From Candidatus Rifleibacteriota bacterium (GTDB taxonomy: Bacteria > Muiribacteriota > Ozemobacteria > Ozemobacterales > Ozemobacteraceae): a DNA stretch of 64,000 bases. Shown here piece after piece: positions 9,126-16,588 of the stretch (its first letter is position 1; the number at the start of each line of letters is the position of its first letter). The position numbers were made by a program, and so were the translations under genes. The stretch is taken from positions 10,155 through 74,154 of the forward strand of contig JAFPZP010000010.1 in the NCBI GenBank assembly GCA_017417215.1, read 5' to 3'. Below the pieces are notes generated by a model, which was not told the DNA's origin, ran no database searches, and was given only the letters and a program-made list of their open reading frames with translations.

Positions 9126-9578
9126 TTATGAGGCTGTGATTCGTTTGGATTCCCCCATAACCACGTAGCCTTCATTGCAGTTACCTAAAACTGTAATTAT
9201 ACAGTCAGGAGTTCCTGTGAAGTTAATTTTAGGAGCTAATACTTCTATATAGTAAGGATTGCCTTGATATGGCGAAAACTGTGCTTTGTATATCCAGGCG
9301 TTAACTGGTTCAAAACCGTCTACTTGTAACTTAATACGTAAAAACTTGAAAACTTCTCCTCCTTTAACCATTTTAAAAGCAGGATGCCATGGTAAAGGTT
9401 CTGTTGTGAAGTCTGGAGAAAGAACAACAAGAGGTTTTTCTAGCAGAATATTGATAGTTGCGGCTTTGCAACAGGTTACTTCTGGAAAGCACTCAGCAAA
9501 AAATGGCATTTGTTCTTTTACGGTATTAGAAGATTCACCGATTCCTTTTTGTATTTTTCCTTTAATCTGTGATGCCAT
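9126..9578 (-). CDS. Hypothetical protein
   Basis: A 150-aa ORF with reasonable coding potential. No motif was recognised. Confidence 0.35.
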   Translation of the reverse strand: MASQIKGKIQKGIGESSNTVKEQMPFFAECFPEVTCCKAATINILLEKPLVVLSPDFTTEPLPWHPAFKMVKGGEVFKFLRIKLQVDGFEPVNAWIYKAQFSPYQGNPYYIEVLAPKINFTGTPDCIITVLGNCNEGYVVMGESKRITAS

Positions 9579-9678
9579 TTATTTTGCTCCTTCAATTCAT
9601 TCCTCTTTAAGCATAGAGCAAAGATTCTCTTTTGTAAACTATTATTTTATGTACCATCAGAGCAAAACTCTTTTTGTG

Positions 9679-9757
9679 CAGTCTACACATTGTCATAAAC
9701 GTATAGCTTTCAGAGCAAGCTCATACGCTATACGTTTTATGACAAATGTGTAGACTG
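9679..9757. promoter_or_regulatory. Near-perfect inverted repeat with 29- and 31-nt arms and a 19-nt spacer, in the divergent intergenic region upstream of rph
   Basis: Left arm cagtctacacattgtcataaacgtatagc at 9679-9707. Right arm gctatacgttttatgacaaatgtgtagactg at 9727-9757. Only two extra bases break perfect complementarity. No T-run follows on either strand. Confidence 0.5.
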
Positions 9758-9839
9758 TTAACTAATTCCATAAAAAAAATTGGCAATAAATTATAAAAAT
9801 GTTATTCTGCAAAGAATAAACAATATTTTGGAGGCTATT

Positions 9840-10577
9840 ATGGTTAGACATGATGGACGTGCTATTGATCAGCTTAGGGAAGTAAGTATTCAGACCGGTT
9901 ATGTAAAATATCCTCACGGTTCTGTGCTTATATGCTTTGGCGATACAAAAGTTATTTGTACTGTTCAAGTTGAAGAAAGTGTTCCTAACCATGTTAAAGC
10001 AAAAAGCGAAACTATGGGTTGGCTGACAGCTGAATATGCTCTTATGCCGGGTGCCGGCCTCAGAAGAAGCGAACGTGCTGGTTATGGCAATGCTACCGTT
10101 AAGGGAAGAGCCCATGAAATTATGCGTTTAATCGGTCGTTCTATGCGTGCTGCTGTAGATTTGAACAAGCTTGGTCCTAGAACATTAATGGTTGACTGTG
10201 ATGTTTTACAGGCCGATGGGGGAACAAGAACTGCTTCTATTACAGGTTCTATGGTAGCTCTTGAACTTGCTATAAAGAAACTTATGGCTGAAGGCAAACT
10301 TACAGAAAACCCATTAATGCATAGAATCGCTGCTGTAAGTGTTGGCGTAAACCAGGGTCAGACAATTCTTGATCTTGACTATATTGAAGATTCTCATGCT
10401 GAAACAGATTTAAATCTTGTTATGACTGAAGATGGCGGATTTGTTGAAGTTCAAGGAACAGCAGAAAATGGAGCAACATATAATCATGCTCAGTTAGAAG
10501 AAATGCTTAGACTTGGCGAAGGCGGAATCAAGAAGCTTTTTGAAATTCAGCGCAAAGCTTTGGAGTCAGCCAAGTGA
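9840..10577 (+). CDS. rph: Ribonuclease PH
   Basis: MVRHDGRAIDQLREVSIQTGYVKYPHGSVLICFGDTKVICTV is the canonical RNase PH N-terminus. A GGAGG RBS sits 6 nt upstream of the ATG at 9840. The ORF track's 9780 start is an upstream in-frame extension. Confidence 0.9.
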   Translation: MVRHDGRAIDQLREVSIQTGYVKYPHGSVLICFGDTKVICTVQVEESVPNHVKAKSETMGWLTAEYALMPGAGLRRSERAGYGNATVKGRAHEIMRLIGRSMRAAVDLNKLGPRTLMVDCDVLQADGGTRTASITGSMVALELAIKKLMAEGKLTENPLMHRIAAVSVGVNQGQTILDLDYIEDSHAETDLNLVMTEDGGFVEVQGTAENGATYNHAQLEEMLRLGEGGIKKLFEIQRKALESAK

Positions 10578-11164
10578 ATATTTGGGTAGCTACACAGAAT
10601 TCGCATAAAGTAGAAGAAATAAGCAGTATTCTTTCACCAATAACAATAAAGAGTTTTCTTGATTTAAAGAATCCTCCAGAAGTTGATGAAAATGGTTCTA
10701 CTTATTCAGAAAATGCTCTAATAAAAGCAAAAGCACTTTATGACATTGTTCATGAACCAGTATTTGCAGATGATTCGGGCTTAGAAGTCGATGCATTAGA
10801 CGGAAAGCCTGGAATTCATTCTGCAAGATTTTCTGGTCCAGATACAAATCATGCCAGAAATGTGGCTAAAATGCTGGAAGTTTTGAAGGATGTTCCTGAC
10901 GAAAAGAGAACTGCCAGATTCAGATGCGTGATTGTTTACATAGATGAGGCTGGAAAAACTCATGAATTCAGTGGCACTCTGGAAGGGAAAATTGGTTATA
11001 AACCGTTGGGAAATGGCGGTTTTGGTTACGACCCTATTTTCATGTTGCCTGAAAGAAATTGCTCTGTAGCACAGTTACCTGCTTCTGAAAAGAATGTTAT
11101 AAGCCACAGGGCTTATGCTTTAGAAAAACTCAAAGAGTATTTTAAAAGCATAAAACTGATTTAA
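10574..11164 (+). CDS. rdgB: Non-canonical purine NTP pyrophosphatase (RdgB/Ham1 family)
   Basis: IWVATQNSHKVEEI ... FADDSGLEVDALDGKPGIHSARF ... GYDPIF are Ham1/RdgB signature segments. The GTG start overlaps the rph stop. rph-rdgB is a common conserved pair. Confidence 0.85.
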   Translation: MNIWVATQNSHKVEEISSILSPITIKSFLDLKNPPEVDENGSTYSENALIKAKALYDIVHEPVFADDSGLEVDALDGKPGIHSARFSGPDTNHARNVAKMLEVLKDVPDEKRTARFRCVIVYIDEAGKTHEFSGTLEGKIGYKPLGNGGFGYDPIFMLPERNCSVAQLPASEKNVISHRAYALEKLKEYFKSIKLI

Positions 11165-11189
11165 CCAAAATTGTTGTCGAGGTATCTGT

Positions 11190-11720
11190 ATGGCTCAGAT
11201 TATTCCTTTGTTTAAACGTATGGCTCAGAAAGAGCCAGACAAAGAAAGCTGGGAAGGTCGCAAGGAAAAGTTTTTTTCTTTTTCAATGGGCGATAAAGCT
11301 TTTGTTGTTCCTGCGGTAGATGTTGCTGAAGTAGCTGCTTTTTCTTCTTTGATAGAGATTCCAACGAATTCAGAAATAGTTTCTGGTGTTGTTAATGTTC
11401 GTGGAACCGTTATTCCTATTATAAATTTAAGAAAAAGACTTGGCTTGCCAAAAGACTTTGAAATTGAATCAAAGACAAAGGCTATTTATTTTAAGCCAAA
11501 GCAGGATTTCTTTATCGGAATGATAGTTGACAACATTGATTTCCGATTGACAGAAGGTATTATTCTTCCCAAATCAGCTTCTTTAGGTGATTCTAATAAT
11601 AACGAAGAAGTAATAATGGAAGAAAAGGATACTAATTGTCGTTTTAAAGTTTTCTTAATAGATGATTTGGTTAAGCCAGATGAATTTGAAGAAGTACAAA
11701 AAGTTTTGGAAGCTTTTTAA
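11190..11720 (+). CDS. cheW: CheW-like chemotaxis coupling protein
   Basis: FVVPAVDVAEVAAFSSLIEIPTNSEIVSGVVNVRGTVIPIINLRKRLGL matches the CheW domain core. Confidence 0.75.
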   Translation: MAQIIPLFKRMAQKEPDKESWEGRKEKFFSFSMGDKAFVVPAVDVAEVAAFSSLIEIPTNSEIVSGVVNVRGTVIPIINLRKRLGLPKDFEIESKTKAIYFKPKQDFFIGMIVDNIDFRLTEGIILPKSASLGDSNNNEEVIMEEKDTNCRFKVFLIDDLVKPDEFEEVQKVLEAF

Positions 11721-11755
11721 TTAGAAGTTTCTCGTGAAACATAAAGGAAGTAAAA

Positions 11756-12553
11756 ATGTCAAAAATTCTAGAGTCAGTTAAATCAACAATTCCAGCCAAA
11801 GCTTACGATTGTAAGCTTTCTCATGCGGCAGCCTGTGTTCATATGACAATGATAAAGAGTGTAAGACTGGGTTCCTGCATGACTTTGAGCGATGAAAGAG
11901 TTTTCAATTTCAATCAGATTCAGCCAGTATCACATTTAGGCGATATTGAAAACTTTAGTTTATCCCAGATTCTTGAATGGACAGAATCTTGCCAGGGAAT
12001 AGAACGTTCATTTGGATTTGCTGCTTTAAATGGTGCTGTTGAATTAAAAGACAGATATTTCCTGGGAAATGCTCTAGACATAGCTGTTAAGCTTGGTAAG
12101 GGCAAGAATATTTCGATGGTTGGGCACTTTTCTCATGTAGAAAAGTTCAGACAGGAAGCCAAAAATTTCTGGATATTGGAAAAACGTCCACATGCAGGTG
12201 ATTTGCCTGCTGAAGAATATGTAAATGTGATACCAGAAAGCGATGTGGTTGTTGCTACTGGGGTTACTTTTTTAAATGATACTCTAGAAGGTCTTTTGAA
12301 GGTAAAGAAGCCAGGTTCTATCTTTATAGTTGTTGGTCCTTCAGTGCCTTTAAGCCCTGTTTTATTTGACTATGGTGTTGATATTGTCGGAGGGGCTTAT
12401 GCTGAAGATGAAGCAGAGGTATATAAAAAGATTTTGCAGGGTGCTTCTCCTCGACTAATAAAGGAATGTCTTAGAACTGTTTTGATGCCTAAAGATTCGT
12501 CTTTAATGACTGGGTGCGAAGAAATAACACCAATTATAAAAAAAGAGATATAG
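11756..12553 (+). CDS. DUF4213/DUF364-like Rossmann-like domain protein (putative heavy-metal-chelation family)
   Basis: The length (265 aa) and pattern ...ISMVGHFSHVEKF...ESDVVVATGVTFLNDTLEGLL...GSIFIVVGPSVPLSP... resemble DUF364 proteins. The assignment is from memory. Confidence 0.4.
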   Translation: MSKILESVKSTIPAKAYDCKLSHAAACVHMTMIKSVRLGSCMTLSDERVFNFNQIQPVSHLGDIENFSLSQILEWTESCQGIERSFGFAALNGAVELKDRYFLGNALDIAVKLGKGKNISMVGHFSHVEKFRQEAKNFWILEKRPHAGDLPAEEYVNVIPESDVVVATGVTFLNDTLEGLLKVKKPGSIFIVVGPSVPLSPVLFDYGVDIVGGAYAEDEAEVYKKILQGASPRLIKECLRTVLMPKDSSLMTGCEEITPIIKKEI

Positions 12554-12660
12554 AGTAAAGAGCCAAGCGGAGCTTGGCGTGGTGAGTGAGCTACAATGCG
12601 TCAGAACGAACAGCAGATGTAAGACCTTCACTTAGAGAGTACAGAGCAAAAGAGCGACAG

Positions 12661-12790
12661 AGCGGACAGTAGACGCGAGACCTCTATTCTCCGCACAAGG
12701 CTCGTTCCCTCAAAGATTATCCGAAGGTAGAAATTATCAGAGACCGCGGAGGAGAATAAGGTTGAGCAAGCAGACTGTCCGCCTTTAAAG
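12661..12790 (-). repeat. Copy B of the ~128-bp repeat element, inverted relative to copy A; it lies in the 3' region of the minus-strand M42 peptidase gene
   Basis: The reverse complement aligns to 78-205 at about 90% identity. See copy A for details. Confidence 0.7.
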
Positions 12791-12798
12791 GAATTGAG

Positions 12799-13842
12799 TT
12801 AGGGCTTAACTGGGCGCAAGTCTTCTTTCCCAGTCATTGACGCAAGGGTTTCGGCTATTAGTTCTACTGTTTTATCTAAGTCGCTTATCTCTGCCATTTC
12901 TGAAGGTGAATGCATATATTTTACAGGCAGCGAAACCAGTGCAACAGGAACACCTTCTCCTGAATACATAATTTTATCGGCATCTGTATGTGTACGGTCA
13001 GCAGTTATTTCTAACTGATAGGGTATTTTTTTCTTTTTTGCAGCTTTTTCAAAAATTTCATCTATTTTGCGGTTTATCGGGCTTCCAATAGATAATGTGC
13101 CACCCTTCCCAAGAGTGACTTGACCGTTTGAATCGTTAGCGCCAGGATGCTGACTATCAAATGTTACGTCACAGGCTAGGGCCATATTGGGTTTGATTCT
13201 AGCGGCAGCAGTAAAGGCACCTCTGGAATTGGTTTCTTCACCGGTTGTACTGATAGCGTAAACACCAACATTCAGTTTTCTCTTGCTAAGCTTTTTAATA
13301 ACTTCGGCTATTATATAAGCGCCAGTCTTGTTGTCTAAGGCTTTTGAAACAATTTTGTTTTCACCAATTATCTGGGGTTCACTTTCGTAAACAGCATAAT
13401 CACCGATTCTTACGAGTTTTTTTAGTTTCTTGTCGTCATTATAACCGCAGTCTATAAAGCAGTTTTCAATAGTAGCATTTGCTTCTTTTTCTGCTGTAGT
13501 CTGTATTATTCCTTTAATGGTCTTACCGCTGTAACCATAAATATCTACTTTCATTCCTGGTAGCATTTTAGGATTAAGCCAACCTGAGTTTGTAAACCAG
13601 ACATAACCTCTTTCGTCAACTTTGGTAACAATCATGGCTATTTCATCTATGTGTGCAGCAAGCATAACTTTGAAAGAAGCTTTTGGGTTTAAAATTCCAT
13701 AAGCGTTTCCGACTTCATCTGTTTTTACTTCTGCAAATTTTTTAACATAATCCAACCAGACTTTTTGGGCTCTAGATTCATCTCCAGAAGGGGATGGGGA
13801 ACGCAATAAATTGAACAAAAAATCCTTTGAAGTTTTTTCCAT
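12799..13842 (-). CDS. M42-family aminopeptidase (FrvX/glutamyl aminopeptidase-like)
   Basis: AHIDEIAMIVTKVDERGYVWF and GGTLSIGSPINRK are typical of M42 peptidases. Length is 347 aa. Confidence 0.7.
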   Translation of the reverse strand: MEKTSKDFLFNLLRSPSPSGDESRAQKVWLDYVKKFAEVKTDEVGNAYGILNPKASFKVMLAAHIDEIAMIVTKVDERGYVWFTNSGWLNPKMLPGMKVDIYGYSGKTIKGIIQTTAEKEANATIENCFIDCGYNDDKKLKKLVRIGDYAVYESEPQIIGENKIVSKALDNKTGAYIIAEVIKKLSKRKLNVGVYAISTTGEETNSRGAFTAAARIKPNMALACDVTFDSQHPGANDSNGQVTLGKGGTLSIGSPINRKIDEIFEKAAKKKKIPYQLEITADRTHTDADKIMYSGEGVPVALVSLPVKYMHSPSEMAEISDLDKTVELIAETLASMTGKEDLRPVKP

Positions 13843-13969
13843 ATTTAATTCTCTTTCTAGCTAATAATTATTTCATTATTTTTTATCGGAACAAATCTTT
13901 ATGAGTTTTATTTTTTCAGATTTTTTTATGTACCTTGTAGAAAAAAAGAAGGATTTTTATTTAAATTTG

Positions 13970-14001
13970 GGCAAAAAAGAAGCCCAGAGTGAACTCTGGG
14001 C
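13970..14001 (-). terminator. Intrinsic-terminator-like hairpin oriented on the minus strand: gcccagag-tgaa-ctctgggc followed by T-run ttcttttttgc when read on the minus strand
   Basis: A perfect 8-bp GC-rich stem sits at 13982-13989 and 13994-14001. It is flanked by an A-run on plus (a T-run on minus). No minus-strand gene lies upstream of it. Confidence 0.3.
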
Positions 14002-14147
14002 CCGAATAAATAAGGAGGCAAACAAATCCTACAAATCTTTCGTATTAATGTACCTTTTTTTTTATGATAAACTTTATATTATTTGAAACTTTTTTTGTTT
14101 TTTGTGGTATATTTTAAAATAGGTTATATAAAACAAGGAGATTTATC

Positions 14148-15143
14148 GTGAAAAAATATAGTTTGCTTTTTGTTTTTATGCTTTGTATTTTAAGCGTGTC
14201 TATAGTTTTCGGTAATGATGAAGCTAACACTGAATCAGATATAGACGATAGTTTGTCGGCTGTAGAAGTTGTAAAAGATCAAAAAGAAGATGTAACAGAT
14301 GCTGATGGTAAAACTGTAGAAGCAGATGAAAAGGCTGCAAAGGATAGTAAATCAAAAACTGAAGAAGCCAAAGAAAAAGAAGCTGAAGAAAAAAAGGCAA
14401 ATGAAGAAAAAGAAGAAGAAAACAATGGCTTAGCCAAATTACCAAATGGTAAGGCTTATGTTGGTGTTTATTCTTATTTGAATTTAAGAGATGGCGTTTG
14501 GGGTAATATTACTGCTTCTCTCTATAACAACGAAGAAGTTACTATTACCGGTCGTGATGGTGACTGGTATAAAGTCAGCACCAGTAAAGGTGATGGTTAC
14601 GCCCATGCAAGATATATTTTTGATTCTCCAGACAAGAGATATTCTGGTAATGAAGTTTATGAAAGCGATAATCCAAACGGTGGTTCATCCGGTGGCACTG
14701 TTAATGCTCCAGATGTAATTATTAACGTTGATGGCGATAGTCTCCAAGGTAAAGTTGTTAATGCTGCAAAACAGATTCATGATAAATATCAGGGATATCA
14801 AGCTTTCCCTTATGACCCATTGACTGAAGGCGGTAATCTTGGTTGTGCTCAGGTTGCAACAACTGTTCTTAAAGCCGCAGGTGTTCTTGACAGAACTTGT
14901 TTAAATTGTACTGGAACCATCAGTATGCTTGAAGCTGTCGGTTGGAGTTCTGTTTCTTGGCCACCATATCAGGCTGGTGACGTTGTTTTCTGGGAAACTT
15001 ATCAACCAGGTCCTTCTCATGTTGGTATTGTTATGAACTCTGGTAACTCTGCTCAGGCTATGAATAACTCTTCAAGCAAAAGAATGCCTCAATACAGTGA
15101 TATTACATCTATGAAGATTTGTAAAATCATGAGAAAGATCTAA
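14148..15143 (+). CDS. Secreted protein with a Lys/Glu-rich linker, an SH3b-like domain and a C-terminal CHAP/NlpC-P60-like cysteine peptidase domain; a putative cell-wall hydrolase
   Basis: GTG start with AAGGAG 8 nt upstream and a signal peptide. The SH3b-like segment is GVYSYLNLRDGVWGN...WYKVSTSKGDGYAHARYI. The Cys (LGCAQVATTV) and His (PSHVGIV) spacing is typical of CHAP domains. Confidence 0.5.
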   Translation: MKKYSLLFVFMLCILSVSIVFGNDEANTESDIDDSLSAVEVVKDQKEDVTDADGKTVEADEKAAKDSKSKTEEAKEKEAEEKKANEEKEEENNGLAKLPNGKAYVGVYSYLNLRDGVWGNITASLYNNEEVTITGRDGDWYKVSTSKGDGYAHARYIFDSPDKRYSGNEVYESDNPNGGSSGGTVNAPDVIINVDGDSLQGKVVNAAKQIHDKYQGYQAFPYDPLTEGGNLGCAQVATTVLKAAGVLDRTCLNCTGTISMLEAVGWSSVSWPPYQAGDVVFWETYQPGPSHVGIVMNSGNSAQAMNNSSSKRMPQYSDITSMKICKIMRKI

Positions 15144-15160
15144 TTGGGTGAAGTGTATTT

Positions 15161-16144
15161 ATGAAATTTAAACTATTGTTTTGTGCATGTTTAGCAATGA
15201 TTTCTTCAACTGCGCTTTTTGCTGATGTTGCGATTCCATTTGGTGAAGGAGCTGGTAAAGCAGATTTTATAAACAATAAAAAATATCCTAAACTTGATGA
15301 TCCGTTGCCTGTTGGTCCATTATCTTTCAGGCTTGTTGATAATAAAGTATGGGTTGCAGATAGCATTGGCGGAAAATTGATGCAGTTTGACAACAAGGGC
15401 AAACAAATATCTGAATTTTCTGTTTTGCCTGAAGGAACTAAGCCATATAGACTTGATGAGTATAAATTACCTATTCTTAATATTCAAATTGAAGACTTAG
15501 CTCCTGTTTTAGGTGAATATGGTGATGCCAAAGCCTTTTGGATAGTTGACGGCGTTGCAAATAAATTAGTTAAGTTTGGCGTTGATGGAAAAAAGCTTGC
15601 AGAAATAAAGCATCCTGAATTTATTCAACTGTTCAGAGTGGAAGTCGGCAGAGGCGGTCATATATTTGTTGCTGACAAAGCCAGTCGTTCTATATTTGTT
15701 TTTGATTCTGACGGTAAATTCTTGAACAAACAAAATTGGGAATGGTCTGGAATGGCTGTTTCAGGCAAAGATGATGTTCTTTATCGATTGATGTGGGATA
15801 ACGAAGCTCACAGAAACATTCTGGTATCTTCTAATGTTCAAGGTAAAGTGCTCTTTGGCAAGATTCTTGATGTTGAAATGTTTGACCCAAGACTTTGGTG
15901 GGTTGATGAATCAAAAGGTGAATGTTTGATTACTTATACTCCATTAGAAGGCTTTAAGGGCAAACTTAATGTTGTTCGTGTTGGTTTTGATGGTAAGGTT
16001 AAGGGAAGCTGCGAAATGCCAGCTCCTGCGATTATGAATCGTATAATTGACCATATGGATTATACAGATGTCTATATTGGTAAATGTAATTTCTTTGAAG
16101 CTCCAGAAGGTAAATTTGAAGTAGTTCCATTTAAAATGCCTTAA
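15161..16144 (+). CDS. Secreted hypothetical protein, probably beta-propeller-like
   Basis: Signal peptide MKFKLLFCACLAMISSTALFA. Repeated hydrophobic/aromatic beta-strand-like segments follow. No catalytic motif was recognised. Confidence 0.4.
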   Translation: MKFKLLFCACLAMISSTALFADVAIPFGEGAGKADFINNKKYPKLDDPLPVGPLSFRLVDNKVWVADSIGGKLMQFDNKGKQISEFSVLPEGTKPYRLDEYKLPILNIQIEDLAPVLGEYGDAKAFWIVDGVANKLVKFGVDGKKLAEIKHPEFIQLFRVEVGRGGHIFVADKASRSIFVFDSDGKFLNKQNWEWSGMAVSGKDDVLYRLMWDNEAHRNILVSSNVQGKVLFGKILDVEMFDPRLWWVDESKGECLITYTPLEGFKGKLNVVRVGFDGKVKGSCEMPAPAIMNRIIDHMDYTDVYIGKCNFFEAPEGKFEVVPFKMP

Positions 16145-16588
16145 TTGATTAAGAATGGAGAAAGAGATATGAAAAAGACTTTTATCTTATTTATAATGCT
16201 TTCTGTTTTATTGGTGGCAGCAGGGATTAATGCTGAAACTATTCCAACAAAAGGCTATGTAACTCCAGATATAGGTCTTAACGTAAGATCTGGTCCTAGC
16301 GAAGGTTCTACTAAGATTGGCGCTCTTGAAAAGGGTACTGTTTTAAAAATAACTTCTGTTTCTGGAAAATGGTATAAAATATCTAGTCCTATGTCTGGAT
16401 ATGTTCATGGAGATTATGTTACTGTAACAGACTCTATTGAATCTGAAGATCCAACAGATGAACAGCAACCAGGACAAGAATCAAAAGTAGATGATTCAAC
16501 TCTTCCTCAGGAAGAACAAGAAAAAATTGGCTGCGATATAGATAGAAGCTTGGCTAATGTACAAATAATTAAGACTCCCATTAAATGA
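16145..16588 (+). CDS. Secreted SH3b-domain protein
   Basis: Signal peptide, then GYVTPDIGLNVRSGPSEGSTKIGALEKGTVLKITSVSGKWYKISSPMSGYVHGDYVTV, a bacterial SH3-like pattern. Confidence 0.5.
   Translation: MIKNGERDMKKTFILFIMLSVLLVAAGINAETIPTKGYVTPDIGLNVRSGPSEGSTKIGALEKGTVLKITSVSGKWYKISSPMSGYVHGDYVTVTDSIESEDPTDEQQPGQESKVDDSTLPQEEQEKIGCDIDRSLANVQIIKTPIK

Noticed and set aside
78-12790. Hypothesis that the 12.5-kb inverted-repeat-flanked block is a mobile genomic island or composite transposon
   Set aside because: No transposase, integrase or recombinase lies inside or adjacent. The block carries core genes (dnaB-like, rph, rdgB). The repeats look like a dispersed intergenic element rather than IS termini.
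13901-14086. 61-aa plus-strand ORF in the intergenic region
   Set aside because: It spans the terminator-like hairpin and poly-A/T tracts. Its product is low-complexity (FFMYLVEKKKDFYLN) and there is no RBS. It is likely spurious.
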